Shown one piece after another: positions 47,967-58,409 of a stretch of 58,409 nt of DNA; the stretch's first letter is position 1; every line of letters begins with the position of its first letter. The notes beneath the pieces were generated by a model. That model worked only from the letters and a program-made list of their open reading frames with translations. It was not told the origin of the DNA and ran no database searches. Origin of the DNA: Candidatus Hermodarchaeota archaeon (GTDB lineage Archaea > Asgardarchaeota > Lokiarchaeia > Sigyniarchaeales > SOKP01); NCBI GenBank assembly GCA_048885525.1, contig JBHLLP010000021.1:1-58409 (forward strand). Direction: 5' to 3'. The translations under genes and the position numbers were made by a program.

Positions 47967-48560
47967 ATGGTAGTTAACATGGAAAATAGTGATGAATTAA
48001 GCGAAGAACAGTTTTGGAAAGGAATAATAAAAGAATATAAGATCCCCTTTTTAATTGTGATAATTGCTTGTATTTGTCTTGCTATTGGCGCACTTCTTGT
48101 TTTGTTTTGGTTTATAAGGATAACACCTCTCGGTAATTATGGGAATGCTTTAATTGGTGAATGGAGAATGCATTGGGTCGTTGGATTTATTATCCTTTTA
48201 ACTTTATTAGAACTTTTATTTATTGGTATTCCAGCAGGATTATTTTTTGGGGTAGGAGGATATTTATGGTGGCGTAATTTACCTCAAGAAAAAAAGCAAG
48301 TGTTCAAAGATAGAGAAAAGAAGAAAACTCATAGAAAACAAGATTATGGTGGCGGGGGTGGATTTAGTTTCTTTATGTTCATAGCATATTGTATCTATCT
48401 TGCTTTTGATGGGCATTACAATGTTCCATTCGGTAGTGAGCCATATACTTATTGGGTATATGCAGGTTTTTATACTTTAATGTGGATCCTAATATATATT
48501 GGCATTCCTGCAGCGATAATTTGTCTTATATTATATTTCGTTAAATGGCGAAAAAAGTAG
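47967..48560 (+). CDS. Hypothetical membrane protein
   Basis: About 4 TM with GGGGG linker. Confidence 0.75.
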   Translation: MVVNMENSDELSEEQFWKGIIKEYKIPFLIVIIACICLAIGALLVLFWFIRITPLGNYGNALIGEWRMHWVVGFIILLTLLELLFIGIPAGLFFGVGGYLWWRNLPQEKKQVFKDREKKKTHRKQDYGGGGGFSFFMFIAYCIYLAFDGHYNVPFGSEPYTYWVYAGFYTLMWILIYIGIPAAIICLILYFVKWRKK

Positions 48561-48708
48561 TAAAATTTAACTTATTTTTTTTTTATTTTCAATTGAATTT
48601 CTTCTACTACATGAAAGATATTTTTTTCTATTAAATTTAGGAGAGAAATATATAACTATTGTATATCTACATAAATAGTTGGACCTTTTTATCAAAGCTT
48701 ATTAGATA

Positions 48709-49128
48709 TTGGATATGAATTTAACTAATAAATTAATATGTGATATAAATATGGCAAATATAGTTTTAATATTTATAGGAGCAATTCTAACTATGTTATG
48801 GGGAATTAGTCATCTTTTTCCCACTAAAGATGTTGTGAGAGATTTTGGAGAAATATCACAAGATAACAAATATATCATTACAATGGAATGGATTATTGAG
48901 GGAATAGCTTTAATTTTTATAGGTCTTCTTGTAATACTAATTAATTATTTAGGAGGCATTGATAACTCTGTGGCTATATATGTTAATGTTATTAGTTCAA
49001 TAATGCTATTTGCTTTAGCTATTGTTTCATTATTTACAGGTTTTAAAGTGAATTTTATTGTATTTAAGCTCTGTCCTATAATTTTTAGTGTTTCAGGAGT
49101 CTTAATATTATTAGGAAGCTTTCTATAA
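48709..49128 (+). CDS. 4-TM membrane protein (start probably ATG 48751)
   Basis: WGISHLFPT, TMEWIIEG, FKLCP. Confidence 0.75.
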   Translation: MDMNLTNKLICDINMANIVLIFIGAILTMLWGISHLFPTKDVVRDFGEISQDNKYIITMEWIIEGIALIFIGLLVILINYLGGIDNSVAIYVNVISSIMLFALAIVSLFTGFKVNFIVFKLCPIIFSVSGVLILLGSFL

Positions 49129-49165
49129 AATTCTAAAAAATAATCCTTTTTTATTTATAATAATT

Positions 49166-49455
49166 TCACACCTTCTTTTGTTTTATAATTATAGTTCTTT
49201 GTTCAAGCTCTTTTCTCATTTTATCAAGATCTAGATCAGGACAACCTTCGGGGGGAAATACACCATGAGAATTGATATCTTTATTAACAATCATTTGAGT
49301 TATAATTGAAGCAGGTACTGAAGTGAGTTTTGCGACTTCTCCTATAACTGCATATGATAAATGAACTTTTTTCTGATTTTCAAAGCCAATAAGATCAGTC
49401 TTAAAAAAAGAAATAATCTCTCTCTCTTCTACTTTTCCAGTTATAAGAGGTAGAA
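49166..49455 (-). pseudogene. C-terminal remnant of a saccharopine dehydrogenase-like gene
   Basis: Startless frame ...AKLTSVPASIITQMIVNKDINSHGVFPPEGC...KKV*. Confidence 0.6.
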
Positions 49456-50624
49456 TTTTTCAGTGGTGTCATAAATCCACCAGCAGTTCTTTCCGTTAAC
49501 GGAGTCATTTTTTTGCATTTTTTAACATTTACATTCCTATCAAAGATGAATTGTCCTATTTTTTCAGCTTTAGAATAAATACCATCAAGTAATTGATCTG
49601 CTATTGAATGGAACAAATGAAATTTAACTATAGGCTCTGGATTTTCTTCGGTATCCCAAACTCCAATTGGAATCCCATCTAAAATGATTGTTGATGTAAT
49701 ATTTCCAGAACGATCAAATAATTTATTTAAATTCTTAGAATCGATATATCTTTCTCGGTCTTTATATCCCATAGGATATGGATCAAGTTCAGGTATTAAT
49801 ATTAATGAAGTTTTTTCTCTAAATGGATTATCAACTAAGTTGTTTAGATCTTCTTTAAGTATTATATATGTTTTCTGTATATTGTTAATTTTAATTCTTT
49901 CAACAACTTTTTCAATCTTTTTTAAAGTGTCTTTGATTTTTGCTTTTGTTAAGCCAGTCCACCAAGATATGTCAGTCTCTGTCACTGGTCCATATGTTTT
50001 TACATATTTTTCTATAATTTTTTGCATCGCTTCTTTCTCGTTTAATTTGTTTAAATCTAGCGTAGGAAAATAATCCTTAAAAAGTGCGTATTTATTCCTC
50101 CTATCTTTCCAATCTTTAATTGGTTTTCCCCTTATCAGCAATCCATGATTGCACATGAGTTGAATAATTGCTGGTATATTTGATTTGGAATTTAATTCTT
50201 TTCTTATCTCAGATGCAGACAATTCTCTTTCTTTAAGGATTTTCATAATATTTTGAGATATTTCTTGATATTCTCCCAATGCAACTTTATGAAATTCCAT
50301 ATATTTTTCAAATGATTTTTCAATTAGGTTAAATGTTGCAGCATACACAATTGGGATCAAATTAGCTGTCTCTATAAATAAAGTTCTTCTCATCCCTCGA
50401 ACTCTACCAAGAGTTTTTTTCTCATAAAGTTCTCTCTCCAAATCTGCTTTTGTAAATTTATTGGTTCTGGCAAAAAGAGATAAATAAGAAGTTTTAAGAT
50501 CAGTAGAATGAAGACCGCAGAGATCCTCAGTTATTTGAACTATATCATCAATTTTTGAATCTTCAGATAGACGTTGTTTTTTTAAAATTAATTTATTAAC
50601 GTGATGTAAATCTAAAATTTGCAT
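49401..50624 (-). CDS. Winged-helix AlkZ/YcaQ-like DNA glycosylase family
   Basis: YLSLFAR, GMRRTLF, YGPVTETDISWWTGL, LIPELDPY.MGYKDR. Confidence 0.85.
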   Translation of the reverse strand: MQILDLHHVNKLILKKQRLSEDSKIDDIVQITEDLCGLHSTDLKTSYLSLFARTNKFTKADLERELYEKKTLGRVRGMRRTLFIETANLIPIVYAATFNLIEKSFEKYMEFHKVALGEYQEISQNIMKILKERELSASEIRKELNSKSNIPAIIQLMCNHGLLIRGKPIKDWKDRRNKYALFKDYFPTLDLNKLNEKEAMQKIIEKYVKTYGPVTETDISWWTGLTKAKIKDTLKKIEKVVERIKINNIQKTYIILKEDLNNLVDNPFREKTSLILIPELDPYPMGYKDRERYIDSKNLNKLFDRSGNITSTIILDGIPIGVWDTEENPEPIVKFHLFHSIADQLLDGIYSKAEKIGQFIFDRNVNVKKCKKMTPLTERTAGGFMTPLKNSTSYNWKSRRERDYFFF

Positions 50625-50724
50625 TAATTATCAATAAATATTAGATAGATTTTAAGAGTATAATCATTACATTTAAATTCATAATGACTATTAAAATATA
50701 AACGATTAGGTTACATCAAATTTA

Positions 50725-52071
50725 ATGAAGGTTATTGAAATAGAAAATAAATTAAAACAATATTTAAAATGTATATTTTTTATACTAATTCTAATTCATC
50801 CTTCAATCTTTTTTAATGGTAATTTTTCTAAATCTCAAAAATTAGTTAGCAATGATTTAAAGATCTCAAGCAATACTAGAAATAAAAGTATAATCCTTAT
50901 GATAGGAGATGGAATGGGTTTTGAACATTTAAAACTCGCAAGGTGGGTGGAGATTGGAATATTTAATAGATTCACACTTGAAAAAATGCCCCTACATCTA
51001 AATGTTTCAACTTATAGTGCTGATAATTTAATTACAGATTCCGCTGCTGCAGCAACAGCAATGGCTACAGGATATAAAACGAATAATGGAATGCTTTCTA
51101 TTTCCCCGTTATTAGAATCTTTGGAAACTATACTTGAAATATCCCATAAGCTCGGAAAAGCTACTGGGATTGTAACCACAACTACATTAACTCATGCAAC
51201 TCCCGCTGCTTTTGTAACTCATGTAACGTCAAGATCTAATACAACAGAGATATCTAGACAAATTGTAGAAAATTCAAGTGTTAATATTCTTCTAGGTGGC
51301 GGGAGGGACCATTTTTCACCATCACAATTAATTCAATTACAAGCAAAAGGATTTAATCTGGTAGAAAACCGTTCCGAACTAATGAACTCAAATTCCAATA
51401 ATATTATTGGATTATTTGCACCTAATCACCTACCCTATGAGATTAATCGTGATCAGGAAGTAGTTCCATCATTATCTGAGATGACATTAAAAGCTATAGA
51501 AATACTTTCTCAAGATCCCGACGGTTTTTTTTTAATGGTCGAAGGTGGAAGAATTGATCATGGTGGACATGCAAACAACAAAACTAATGTAGCTTTAGAA
51601 ACAATTGAATTTCATTACGCTGTAGATTCAGTTATTTCATACTCTAGAACCCATGATAATATTTTACTTTTAGTTACTTCTGATCACGAGACAGGAGGTT
51701 TAAAGGTTTTAAATGAAACGTTAAATACTAATATCCCCTCATTTAATAAAAGTTTTGAAGAAAATAAGTTATTAAGAATTGAAAGAATTAATAATATAAC
51801 TGTTTATTGGACAACTACATATCATACTAGTCATTCAGTCCCTTTTTTTGGATATAACGCTGATTTATATGGATTTAATAACCTTACTATCATTGATAAT
51901 ATTGAAATTTTTGACATAATGAAAGCATATTTATCTATCTCATCGGTTAATGATTCTGATTTAATAATCGTTATATCAATAGGTATAGGAATTACTGGTT
52001 TTACTGTTGCTGGATTAGTAATTTTACGTATGAGAAAGAGTAAGAAGGTTCTAATTAAAAAAAATGAATAA
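50725..52071 (+). CDS. Alkaline phosphatase, C-terminally anchored
   Basis: MIGDGMG, TDSAAAATAMATG, THATPA, MVEGGRIDHGGH, SDHETGG. Confidence 0.92.
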   Translation: MKVIEIENKLKQYLKCIFFILILIHPSIFFNGNFSKSQKLVSNDLKISSNTRNKSIILMIGDGMGFEHLKLARWVEIGIFNRFTLEKMPLHLNVSTYSADNLITDSAAAATAMATGYKTNNGMLSISPLLESLETILEISHKLGKATGIVTTTTLTHATPAAFVTHVTSRSNTTEISRQIVENSSVNILLGGGRDHFSPSQLIQLQAKGFNLVENRSELMNSNSNNIIGLFAPNHLPYEINRDQEVVPSLSEMTLKAIEILSQDPDGFFLMVEGGRIDHGGHANNKTNVALETIEFHYAVDSVISYSRTHDNILLLVTSDHETGGLKVLNETLNTNIPSFNKSFEENKLLRIERINNITVYWTTTYHTSHSVPFFGYNADLYGFNNLTIIDNIEIFDIMKAYLSISSVNDSDLIIVISIGIGITGFTVAGLVILRMRKSKKVLIKKNE

Positions 52072-52073
52072 AA

Positions 52074-52640
52074 CTATGATTTTAGTTTTTTTAGTAAATG
52101 CGCAAAATTTTTACCTAAATTTTCAAATGTTATAATACCTTCTTCATCATCTAATACTTCTCCTGGATTTTTTCCAATGCCTAAATTCCAATAAGAAGAG
52201 CCTACTACAAACATCTGTTTAATGAGAAAGAAGTAATTAATACTAGAGAATACATGATTCGCACCAGCTCTCCTCACTGCCACAACTGCAGCACCAACTT
52301 TATGTTTTAAGTGTCCTCCAGTAGCATATCCGGCACGTTCTATCAAAGCTTTTGTACTAGTAGTTAAATCTGAAAAATATGTAGGTGAACCTATAATAAT
52401 TCCATCAGCTTCAAGCATCTTTTGAATATATTCATTCATATTATCACCTTCAATAGTACATCTTTGGTCATCGTTATCAATACATTGACGACATGCGGTA
52501 CATCCTTGCAATCTTTTAGCACCGATCCATATTATTTCACACTCAATTCCTTCGGCCTCCAATTGCTCCAATACAATATTTAAACAATGGTATGTATTTC
52601 CCTCTTTTCTAGGGCTTCCATTAAATAGTACAACTTTCAA
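52074..52640 (-). CDS. Iron-sulfur flavoprotein / flavodoxin-like FMN reductase
   Basis: GSPRKEGNT, CTACRQC...C, GSPTYF. Confidence 0.9.
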   Translation of the reverse strand: MKVVLFNGSPRKEGNTYHCLNIVLEQLEAEGIECEIIWIGAKRLQGCTACRQCIDNDDQRCTIEGDNMNEYIQKMLEADGIIIGSPTYFSDLTTSTKALIERAGYATGGHLKHKVGAAVVAVRRAGANHVFSSINYFFLIKQMFVVGSSYWNLGIGKNPGEVLDDEEGIITFENLGKNFAHLLKKLKS

Positions 52641-52826
52641 TTTTGTATACCAATTTTAATATTTTGTTTATTTTCAATAATTCTTTTAACGCTTTTAATC
52701 TATCTAAGATTATGGGTGATATTAAAATTAGCGCTTTTTTATTGGTATGTTTGGAATCCTCTCTTTCTTTGTTTAATGGACATGATTTTAAAGTAAAAGT
52801 AGTTTATACCACAAATTTTAGTTGAG

Positions 52827-54596
52827 TTAATGTTTAGGTTCTTTTGGATCTTTACTCGAGGTTTTCAAACTGATTCCTTCTCCATCTTTCGTAGATTTAG
52901 ATTTGTCCATTTGAGCATTACACACCCAACAAATATTTTCTAACTCAATTAATGCCTGGGTACAATTTTCACAATAGATTGTATCACACTCACAAACATA
53001 CATAAAGCCTACTATTTCTCCTTTACAAACAAGGCAAACTTTCCGATCTTTATGAACTGTAACTTCTATTTCAGTAACTTGAGCCAACAATGTCTTATTA
53101 CGGACTAATTTTTCCATTTGTTCACCTAATTGAGACAATTCTATTCGTTCAGTTATAAGTGCATTTGATTCTTTTAATTGTTCCCACATTTTTAATTGTT
53201 TTAACAATTTTTCCTGTTCGCCTGCAATTTTTATCACTGATCGATTAAGACCATGTCTTTCTGCTACTTGTTGAGCTTGAGTCAAATATCGTCGTGTTTC
53301 CATCATATCAAAGGTCAACAGAGATAGCTTTGCTTGAAGCATATACGTTTCTACTAACCAAGGATAAGATTTCTGGCTTTCAGCAATATTGATCAATCTG
53401 CTGAGTTGAGGCTTTATTTCTTCTAGTATCTCAATATCATTGGTTTTACGAAGTTCCTCCAAGAGGAGTTCACATAAGTTGACAATTGCTATAATGTGAA
53501 CTGGCGCGTTAGTTACTTTCTCTTGGGTTATTTGCTTTAATAATTTTTTAGCTTCAATCTTTTGATGGGGTAAATTCTTCCGCTTTAAATAAAGTGCTTT
53601 TACAACTCGAAATCCTTTATCGAGGTTAAAACTGGAGGTTTGTTCAGCAATTTGTTGGAGATGTTCCAAATATTTAGGAATATCTTCTAACATGTTCTCT
53701 TCAATTTTTATAATCGACATCCAAATATAAGCCCCAAATATTAAAAGTTGGACTTGTATTTTTTTGGAAATTTGAAGGCTTTTCTCTAATGACACAATAG
53801 CTTTATTGGGTAGCCCTTTTGTTCGATAATGTTTTCCTAAATTCAAAAGAATGTTCGCTATCCAAGGCTTTGCGTTCATTTCCTTTGCCAGAACTAAAGC
53901 TTCCTCAAGTAATTCGATACTTTTTTCCAATTCCCCAATAAAACCATGAATGTCTGCAATTTCGATTAAAATCTTAATCCTTTCTTCTTTAGTCAATTCC
54001 CCATATTTCAAGCTCTCTCTCCCGTATTTCAATGCATTACTAAAATCCCCCATATAACTACATATAGTTGCTAATTGATAAAAACTCGTAGAAATCTTTT
54101 CCCTATTTCCAATATCCTCATAAATTTCCAAACATTTGACCGCAAATTCTAAACTGGTCTTTAATTCTCCTTTAAGCATAAATAAATAAGCCTTATCAGA
54201 TAGTAAAACACCCTTACGTTCTGAAAAATCTAAAGGAGCAATTTCTGTCAATGAGTTTAGTAATTTTTCAGATTTTAGAATCAAATTATGAGCTTCTTCT
54301 AAATTACCTGTCCAATATGTAAGATAACTCTTATAGTGTAAAGCATCAAAAGAATAAAGGGATAATCCCAGTCTCTGACTTTTATTAAAAACCTCTTCTA
54401 TCAACTTGGAAGAATCTTCATACTGATTTAGTCTTATTAAAAGATCAATCTCAATATTTTTATATTCAAACCAATCCTTCTTAGCAATATCTTCTATATT
54501 GTCAAAGGAAAAAATAACTTCCAGTGCCTTTTTATATTTACCCTCTCTTCTAAAATGTTCAATACGTTTTAATTCCTCTTGGATTAAATTGGGCAT
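52827..54596 (-). CDS. TPR protein with C-terminal Cys-rich RING-like zinc finger
   Basis: TPR helices; CLVC...CEC...CENC...CWVC. Confidence 0.85.
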   Translation of the reverse strand: MPNLIQEELKRIEHFRREGKYKKALEVIFSFDNIEDIAKKDWFEYKNIEIDLLIRLNQYEDSSKLIEEVFNKSQRLGLSLYSFDALHYKSYLTYWTGNLEEAHNLILKSEKLLNSLTEIAPLDFSERKGVLLSDKAYLFMLKGELKTSLEFAVKCLEIYEDIGNREKISTSFYQLATICSYMGDFSNALKYGRESLKYGELTKEERIKILIEIADIHGFIGELEKSIELLEEALVLAKEMNAKPWIANILLNLGKHYRTKGLPNKAIVSLEKSLQISKKIQVQLLIFGAYIWMSIIKIEENMLEDIPKYLEHLQQIAEQTSSFNLDKGFRVVKALYLKRKNLPHQKIEAKKLLKQITQEKVTNAPVHIIAIVNLCELLLEELRKTNDIEILEEIKPQLSRLINIAESQKSYPWLVETYMLQAKLSLLTFDMMETRRYLTQAQQVAERHGLNRSVIKIAGEQEKLLKQLKMWEQLKESNALITERIELSQLGEQMEKLVRNKTLLAQVTEIEVTVHKDRKVCLVCKGEIVGFMYVCECDTIYCENCTQALIELENICWVCNAQMDKSKSTKDGEGISLKTSSKDPKEPKH

Positions 54597-54776
54597 GATT
54601 ATTAATAACTAATGAAGTATCTTTTCTGGTTACTTTAAATTTCTATTTTATTGATTACTTACGATTTATTTATATAATTTTAATATTTTATTTTATCATA
54701 AAATTTTTTCAAAGGGATTGCCACTCCCTTAGATAGAATTAGATTTTCATTATAATAAATATTAATTATAAAATAC

Positions 54777-56027
54777 ATGAATAGATTAAACACTAATCGC
54801 CCAGAATTACTTGCTCCAATTCAAGATTGGAATACGCTAAAAACAATAGTTAGTTTAGCTGATGCTGTATATTTTGGTATTAAAAGTTATAACATGAGAG
54901 CAAAAGCAAAGAATTTTGAACGCGGAGAGTTGAAGCAAGTAGTGGATTATTGTCATAATCAAAATCCTCCATTAAGGGCATATCTAACTACAAATATTTT
55001 AATTTATGATTCAGAATTACTGGATTTGGAAAATCTTATATCTGAAGCTAAAGAATCTGGGATAGATGCAATTATTGCTCATGATATTGCAGCAATTAGA
55101 GTTGCTAAACGAAATAATATAGATTTCCACATTTCAACACAAGCTAACGTCTCCAATATTGAATCTGCAAAATTTTATGAGGATCTTGGCGCAGAGAGGA
55201 TAATATTGGCAAGAGAATTATCACTTCAACAGATTAAGCTGATTAAACATCTTTTAACAAAAACTAAGATTGAATGTTTTGTTCATGGGTCAATGTGCAC
55301 TTCAATTTCAGGGCGATGCTATTTTTCTGCCACTATTTGTGATTCTGAAGAATATTCAGCAAACCGAGGTAATTGCGTTCAACCCTGTAGAAGAGAGTGG
55401 AGAGTAATTGACGATGAAAAAAATGAATTTATCTATGATGGCCAGATGTTCTTAAATACGAAGGATCTTTGTATGATTGAATATATTCCAGAACTCATTA
55501 ATGCAAAAATTGATGCATTTAAAATCGAAGGACGTATGAAAGATCCATTGTATATTAAAACTGTGGTACAATGTTATAAAGAAGCTTTAGATTCCTATTT
55601 TAATAACAATTACACTAAGGAGAAAATAAATAATTGGCTTGAAAGGCTTTCAAGTGTTTACAATCGTGGTTTTCATACAGGATTTTATTTTCATAAACCT
55701 ACTATAGAAGATATTGAGTTGATAAAAAGAGGTAACATTTCTACTTATAAAAAGCATTATATAGGAAAAATCCTCTCATTTGATGTTAGTAGTAAATCTG
55801 CTAATGTATTGCTTGAGAGCTTAGAGATCCCATTAAAGTTAGGAGATGAGATTATTATTGAAGGCTCTACAACCTATATAACTGAAACTATTAGAAAGAT
55901 GATTTATAAAGGAGAAAAAATAAGAAAAATTTCAAGAAAGAGATACTCAGATCCCGTTAGAATTAATTTACGTTTAAACGAGGAAGTACAACCGAACGAT
56001 AAAATTTATATCATTTCAAAAACATAA
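54777..56027 (+). CDS. U32 family peptidase-like (Fe-S hydroxylase) protein
   Basis: [40 protein letters not shown]. Confidence 0.92.
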   Translation: MNRLNTNRPELLAPIQDWNTLKTIVSLADAVYFGIKSYNMRAKAKNFERGELKQVVDYCHNQNPPLRAYLTTNILIYDSELLDLENLISEAKESGIDAIIAHDIAAIRVAKRNNIDFHISTQANVSNIESAKFYEDLGAERIILARELSLQQIKLIKHLLTKTKIECFVHGSMCTSISGRCYFSATICDSEEYSANRGNCVQPCRREWRVIDDEKNEFIYDGQMFLNTKDLCMIEYIPELINAKIDAFKIEGRMKDPLYIKTVVQCYKEALDSYFNNNYTKEKINNWLERLSSVYNRGFHTGFYFHKPTIEDIELIKRGNISTYKKHYIGKILSFDVSSKSANVLLESLEIPLKLGDEIIIEGSTTYITETIRKMIYKGEKIRKISRKRYSDPVRINLRLNEEVQPNDKIYIISKT

Positions 56028-56031
56028 AAAA

Positions 56032-56763
56032 ATGATTTTTTTAGCAATTTCTAAAAATAGCATAAATAATATTCCATTTAGCATGAATTTCAAGGAAAGA
56101 AGGAAAAATTTGGTTGAAAGTCTAAAAAATCGAGAGATATTAACAAAACCTAATGTAATTAAGGCAATGTTAACAGTTCCAAGACATAAGTTCGTGCCAA
56201 AAGATGCGGAATCAAGCGCATATATGGATACTCCTCTTTCTATTGGATTAGGACAAACAATTAGTGCCCCACATATGAATGCTATGATGTGTGAATACCT
56301 TGAACTGAATGAAGGGGAAAAAGTATTAGAAATTGGAACGGGTTCAGGTTACCATGCCGCTCTATGCGCGGAGTTAGTAGCTCCAGAAAATTCCCAAAAT
56401 CCCGGTCATGTATTTACAATTGAACGCCATGAAGGATTGGCAGAAAAGGCTAGAAAAAGTCTTAAAGAAACGGGGTATGCTAATAAAGTCACAGTAATTC
56501 TTGGGGATGGAACATTAGGATACCCTAAAGAAGCTCCTTATGATAAGATTTTAGTAACGGCAGCTTCGCCATCAAAGATCCCTATTCCATTTCGAGATCA
56601 GTTAATTGATGGAGGAATTCTTTGTATTCCTGCTGGATCTAAAAGTTTTAGCCAGATTTTATATGTGATAAAAAAAAATGGGCAAAATTTCGAATCAACT
56701 AAAATTACAGCTGTTCGTTTTGTTCCACTTATTGGAAAATATGGATTTCAATCTGGAGATTAG
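56032..56763 (+). CDS. pcm: Protein-L-isoaspartate O-methyltransferase (start possibly ATG 56083)
   Basis: [42 protein letters not shown]. Confidence 0.95.
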   Translation: MIFLAISKNSINNIPFSMNFKERRKNLVESLKNREILTKPNVIKAMLTVPRHKFVPKDAESSAYMDTPLSIGLGQTISAPHMNAMMCEYLELNEGEKVLEIGTGSGYHAALCAELVAPENSQNPGHVFTIERHEGLAEKARKSLKETGYANKVTVILGDGTLGYPKEAPYDKILVTAASPSKIPIPFRDQLIDGGILCIPAGSKSFSQILYVIKKNGQNFESTKITAVRFVPLIGKYGFQSGD

Positions 56764-57100
56764 ATGAGAATTTTACTAAATCAAATTAATTTTTTGTAAT
56801 TTTTTTACTTTTCTTACTTTTAAGTTCATCTCGAATTCTTTTGACATATTTTGACCTTTCAATACACATTGTTAGATTCTCATCACAACAATTCCAACTA
56901 GAGCATCTTTCTTTGGAATAAGAAGCGTTCAAATTTTAGTTTGCTTTATTTTATTTTTATCCTAAATCCATTTATAGAAAGACTAATTTGGTATAATAAA
57001 GTAATGTTTATAGATGTGAATGGTTTTTGTGAGATCTTCTAAAAAATATAAAAAAAGAATAATTTTGGTTTACAAAAAATTAGGTCCAAAGAATATAATT

Positions 57101-57244
57101 TTACTTATGGAGTTTTTTTCTAAGTTTCCTTTCCATTAATTTTTTTCGCGCATTTTGAACATATTGATTATTTTCAATATTATTCTTTAATGCTTTTTTA
57201 TTATAAATCCAGCCATTCCGCTTTCCATTATCTTTAACTCCCAT
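57101..57244 (-). CDS. 47-aa basic small protein (MGVKDNGKRNGWIYN...LRKKLHK)
   Basis: Manual translation; open frame in an otherwise empty AT-rich gap. Confidence 0.4.
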   Translation of the reverse strand: MGVKDNGKRNGWIYNKKALKNNIENNQYVQNARKKLMERKLRKKLHK

Positions 57245-57375
57245 AAACTTCAAGACCAATGCAAATTTTATATGTTATATTTGTTATTAGACTGTTAATA
57301 TATATAAAGATAAGTGATATCGACAAAATTCATGCTTATATCTACAAATTTGTAAAGGAGCCAAAAGTATAAGTA

Positions 57376-58407
57376 TTAATATATTTTGATTTTTAGTTGA
57401 AGTTCTAAATTCTTATCAAGATTAAAGACAGGTGTAATATTGATCCCCTGATATATTTCTTTGTAGCCCTCATCTGTATACGCATATGCAATTATTGGAA
57501 ATTTATTAATTTTAATTGAATCCATTTTACTCGAAACTTCAAATTCAAAGTTTAAATCATAAGATTCATCATAAGCTTTAAAATGGTAACCATTATATTG
57601 AAATGGTTCTAATAATTGTTTTGATATATCATCCTTTAAAACAATTTGTTTACTTTCCCATTGAAATTTTGTTGTATCACCATTAAAGAAAAACGGGATA
57701 TCAAGTGCTACGTTGACATTTTTAATGATACGATCCAACATCTTTTCTTTACCTTGAATTGCATTGAAATTAATTCTAACAATAACTTTAATCTCATTTT
57801 CTTCTATGTAGATATCTTTTGTAATTCGTGCGGGAATTCTAACATCAGTCTCGGGATCTTTAATGCTTCCAATCCTTTCCATTTCTATAATAGCAACTTT
57901 GCCTTCTTCTTCAGTACTTGTTACCCTGCAATTTTCATCAATAAAATCTCCAAACTCATAATACTGATCAGCTTGGAGTTGTTCAAGTGTAACATCATTA
58001 TGTAAAAATCTTAAACGTAATAGACTTCTTTTAAATCTATCAACCATCACATCTTTTGATTCAAGTTTCTTGCTATCATGATAAGCTTCTGGCCATCGAG
58101 TTAAAGTATTCAAAAGATTATATGATTTAGGCTTATAATCTAACTCAAAAATAGTCCCTCCTTCGTTAGGGTTGATATAAACATTAAGTACTTCTGATTC
58201 AATTAAATACTCTACTTTGCTGTCTTTAAGAAAATCTATTGCTGTTATATAAATATATGATTTTAGTTTTGGATCAATTAATATATTTACTTCATCTATT
58301 ATTCTCTCAGCATTTATTAGATGTGTATAAACTGAAAATCTTAAAAATTGTAAATATACTCCTCCAAATAAGCCGTGCCAATAACAATCATTACATTGAG
58401 CTTTGTA
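57376..58407 (-). CDS. GH57 alpha-amylase/4-alpha-glucanotransferase, C-terminal part (5'-truncated by window edge)
   Basis: Frame extends to the window end: YKAQCNDCYWHGLFGGVYL..LR, NTLTRWPEAYH, EGYKEIYQG. Confidence 0.9.
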   Translation of the reverse strand, partial: YKAQCNDCYWHGLFGGVYLQFLRFSVYTHLINAERIIDEVNILIDPKLKSYIYITAIDFLKDSKVEYLIESEVLNVYINPNEGGTIFELDYKPKSYNLLNTLTRWPEAYHDSKKLESKDVMVDRFKRSLLRLRFLHNDVTLEQLQADQYYEFGDFIDENCRVTSTEEEGKVAIIEMERIGSIKDPETDVRIPARITKDIYIEENEIKVIVRINFNAIQGKEKMLDRIIKNVNVALDIPFFFNGDTTKFQWESKQIVLKDDISKQLLEPFQYNGYHFKAYDESYDLNFEFEVSSKMDSIKINKFPIIAYAYTDEGYKEIYQGINITPVFNLDKNLELQLKIKIY

Positions 58408-58409
58408 AA

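Overview
AT-rich archaeal genomic window, most likely from a Lokiarchaeia-type Asgard archaeon. The evidence is GGTGA-type ribosome-binding sites, T-tract terminators, a Rab-like GTPase, a gelsolin-domain protein, longin-like proteins and a TPR-zinc-finger protein. Most genes are accessory metabolic or housekeeping genes: iorAB, CoA transferase, penicillin acylase, MFS transporters, methyltransferases, an orphan N6-adenine DNA methyltransferase, pcm, alkaline phosphatase and a partial GH57. The standout is a compact minus-strand locus at 44971-47823. It contains a Cys-pair MarR regulator, a palindromic operator pair, an unannotated 28-aa double-CC peptide, a SAM-dependent methyltransferase fused to an HgcA-like corrinoid/membrane protein, and an unannotated HgcB-like ferredoxin that apparently starts at ATA. 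Together these suggest a regulated metal(loid)-methylation-like system. Other notable items are an unannotated 37-aa histone-H1-tail-like (PAKK repeat) micro-protein, a BpsA-AdoMet decarboxylase fusion, Cwh43-like and S1P-lyase-like lipid enzymes, a tandem gene pair with strongly conserved upstream blocks, and several degraded genes. No rRNA, tRNA, CRISPR array or transposase was recognised. All family assignments come from motif recognition by eye; no database searches were run.
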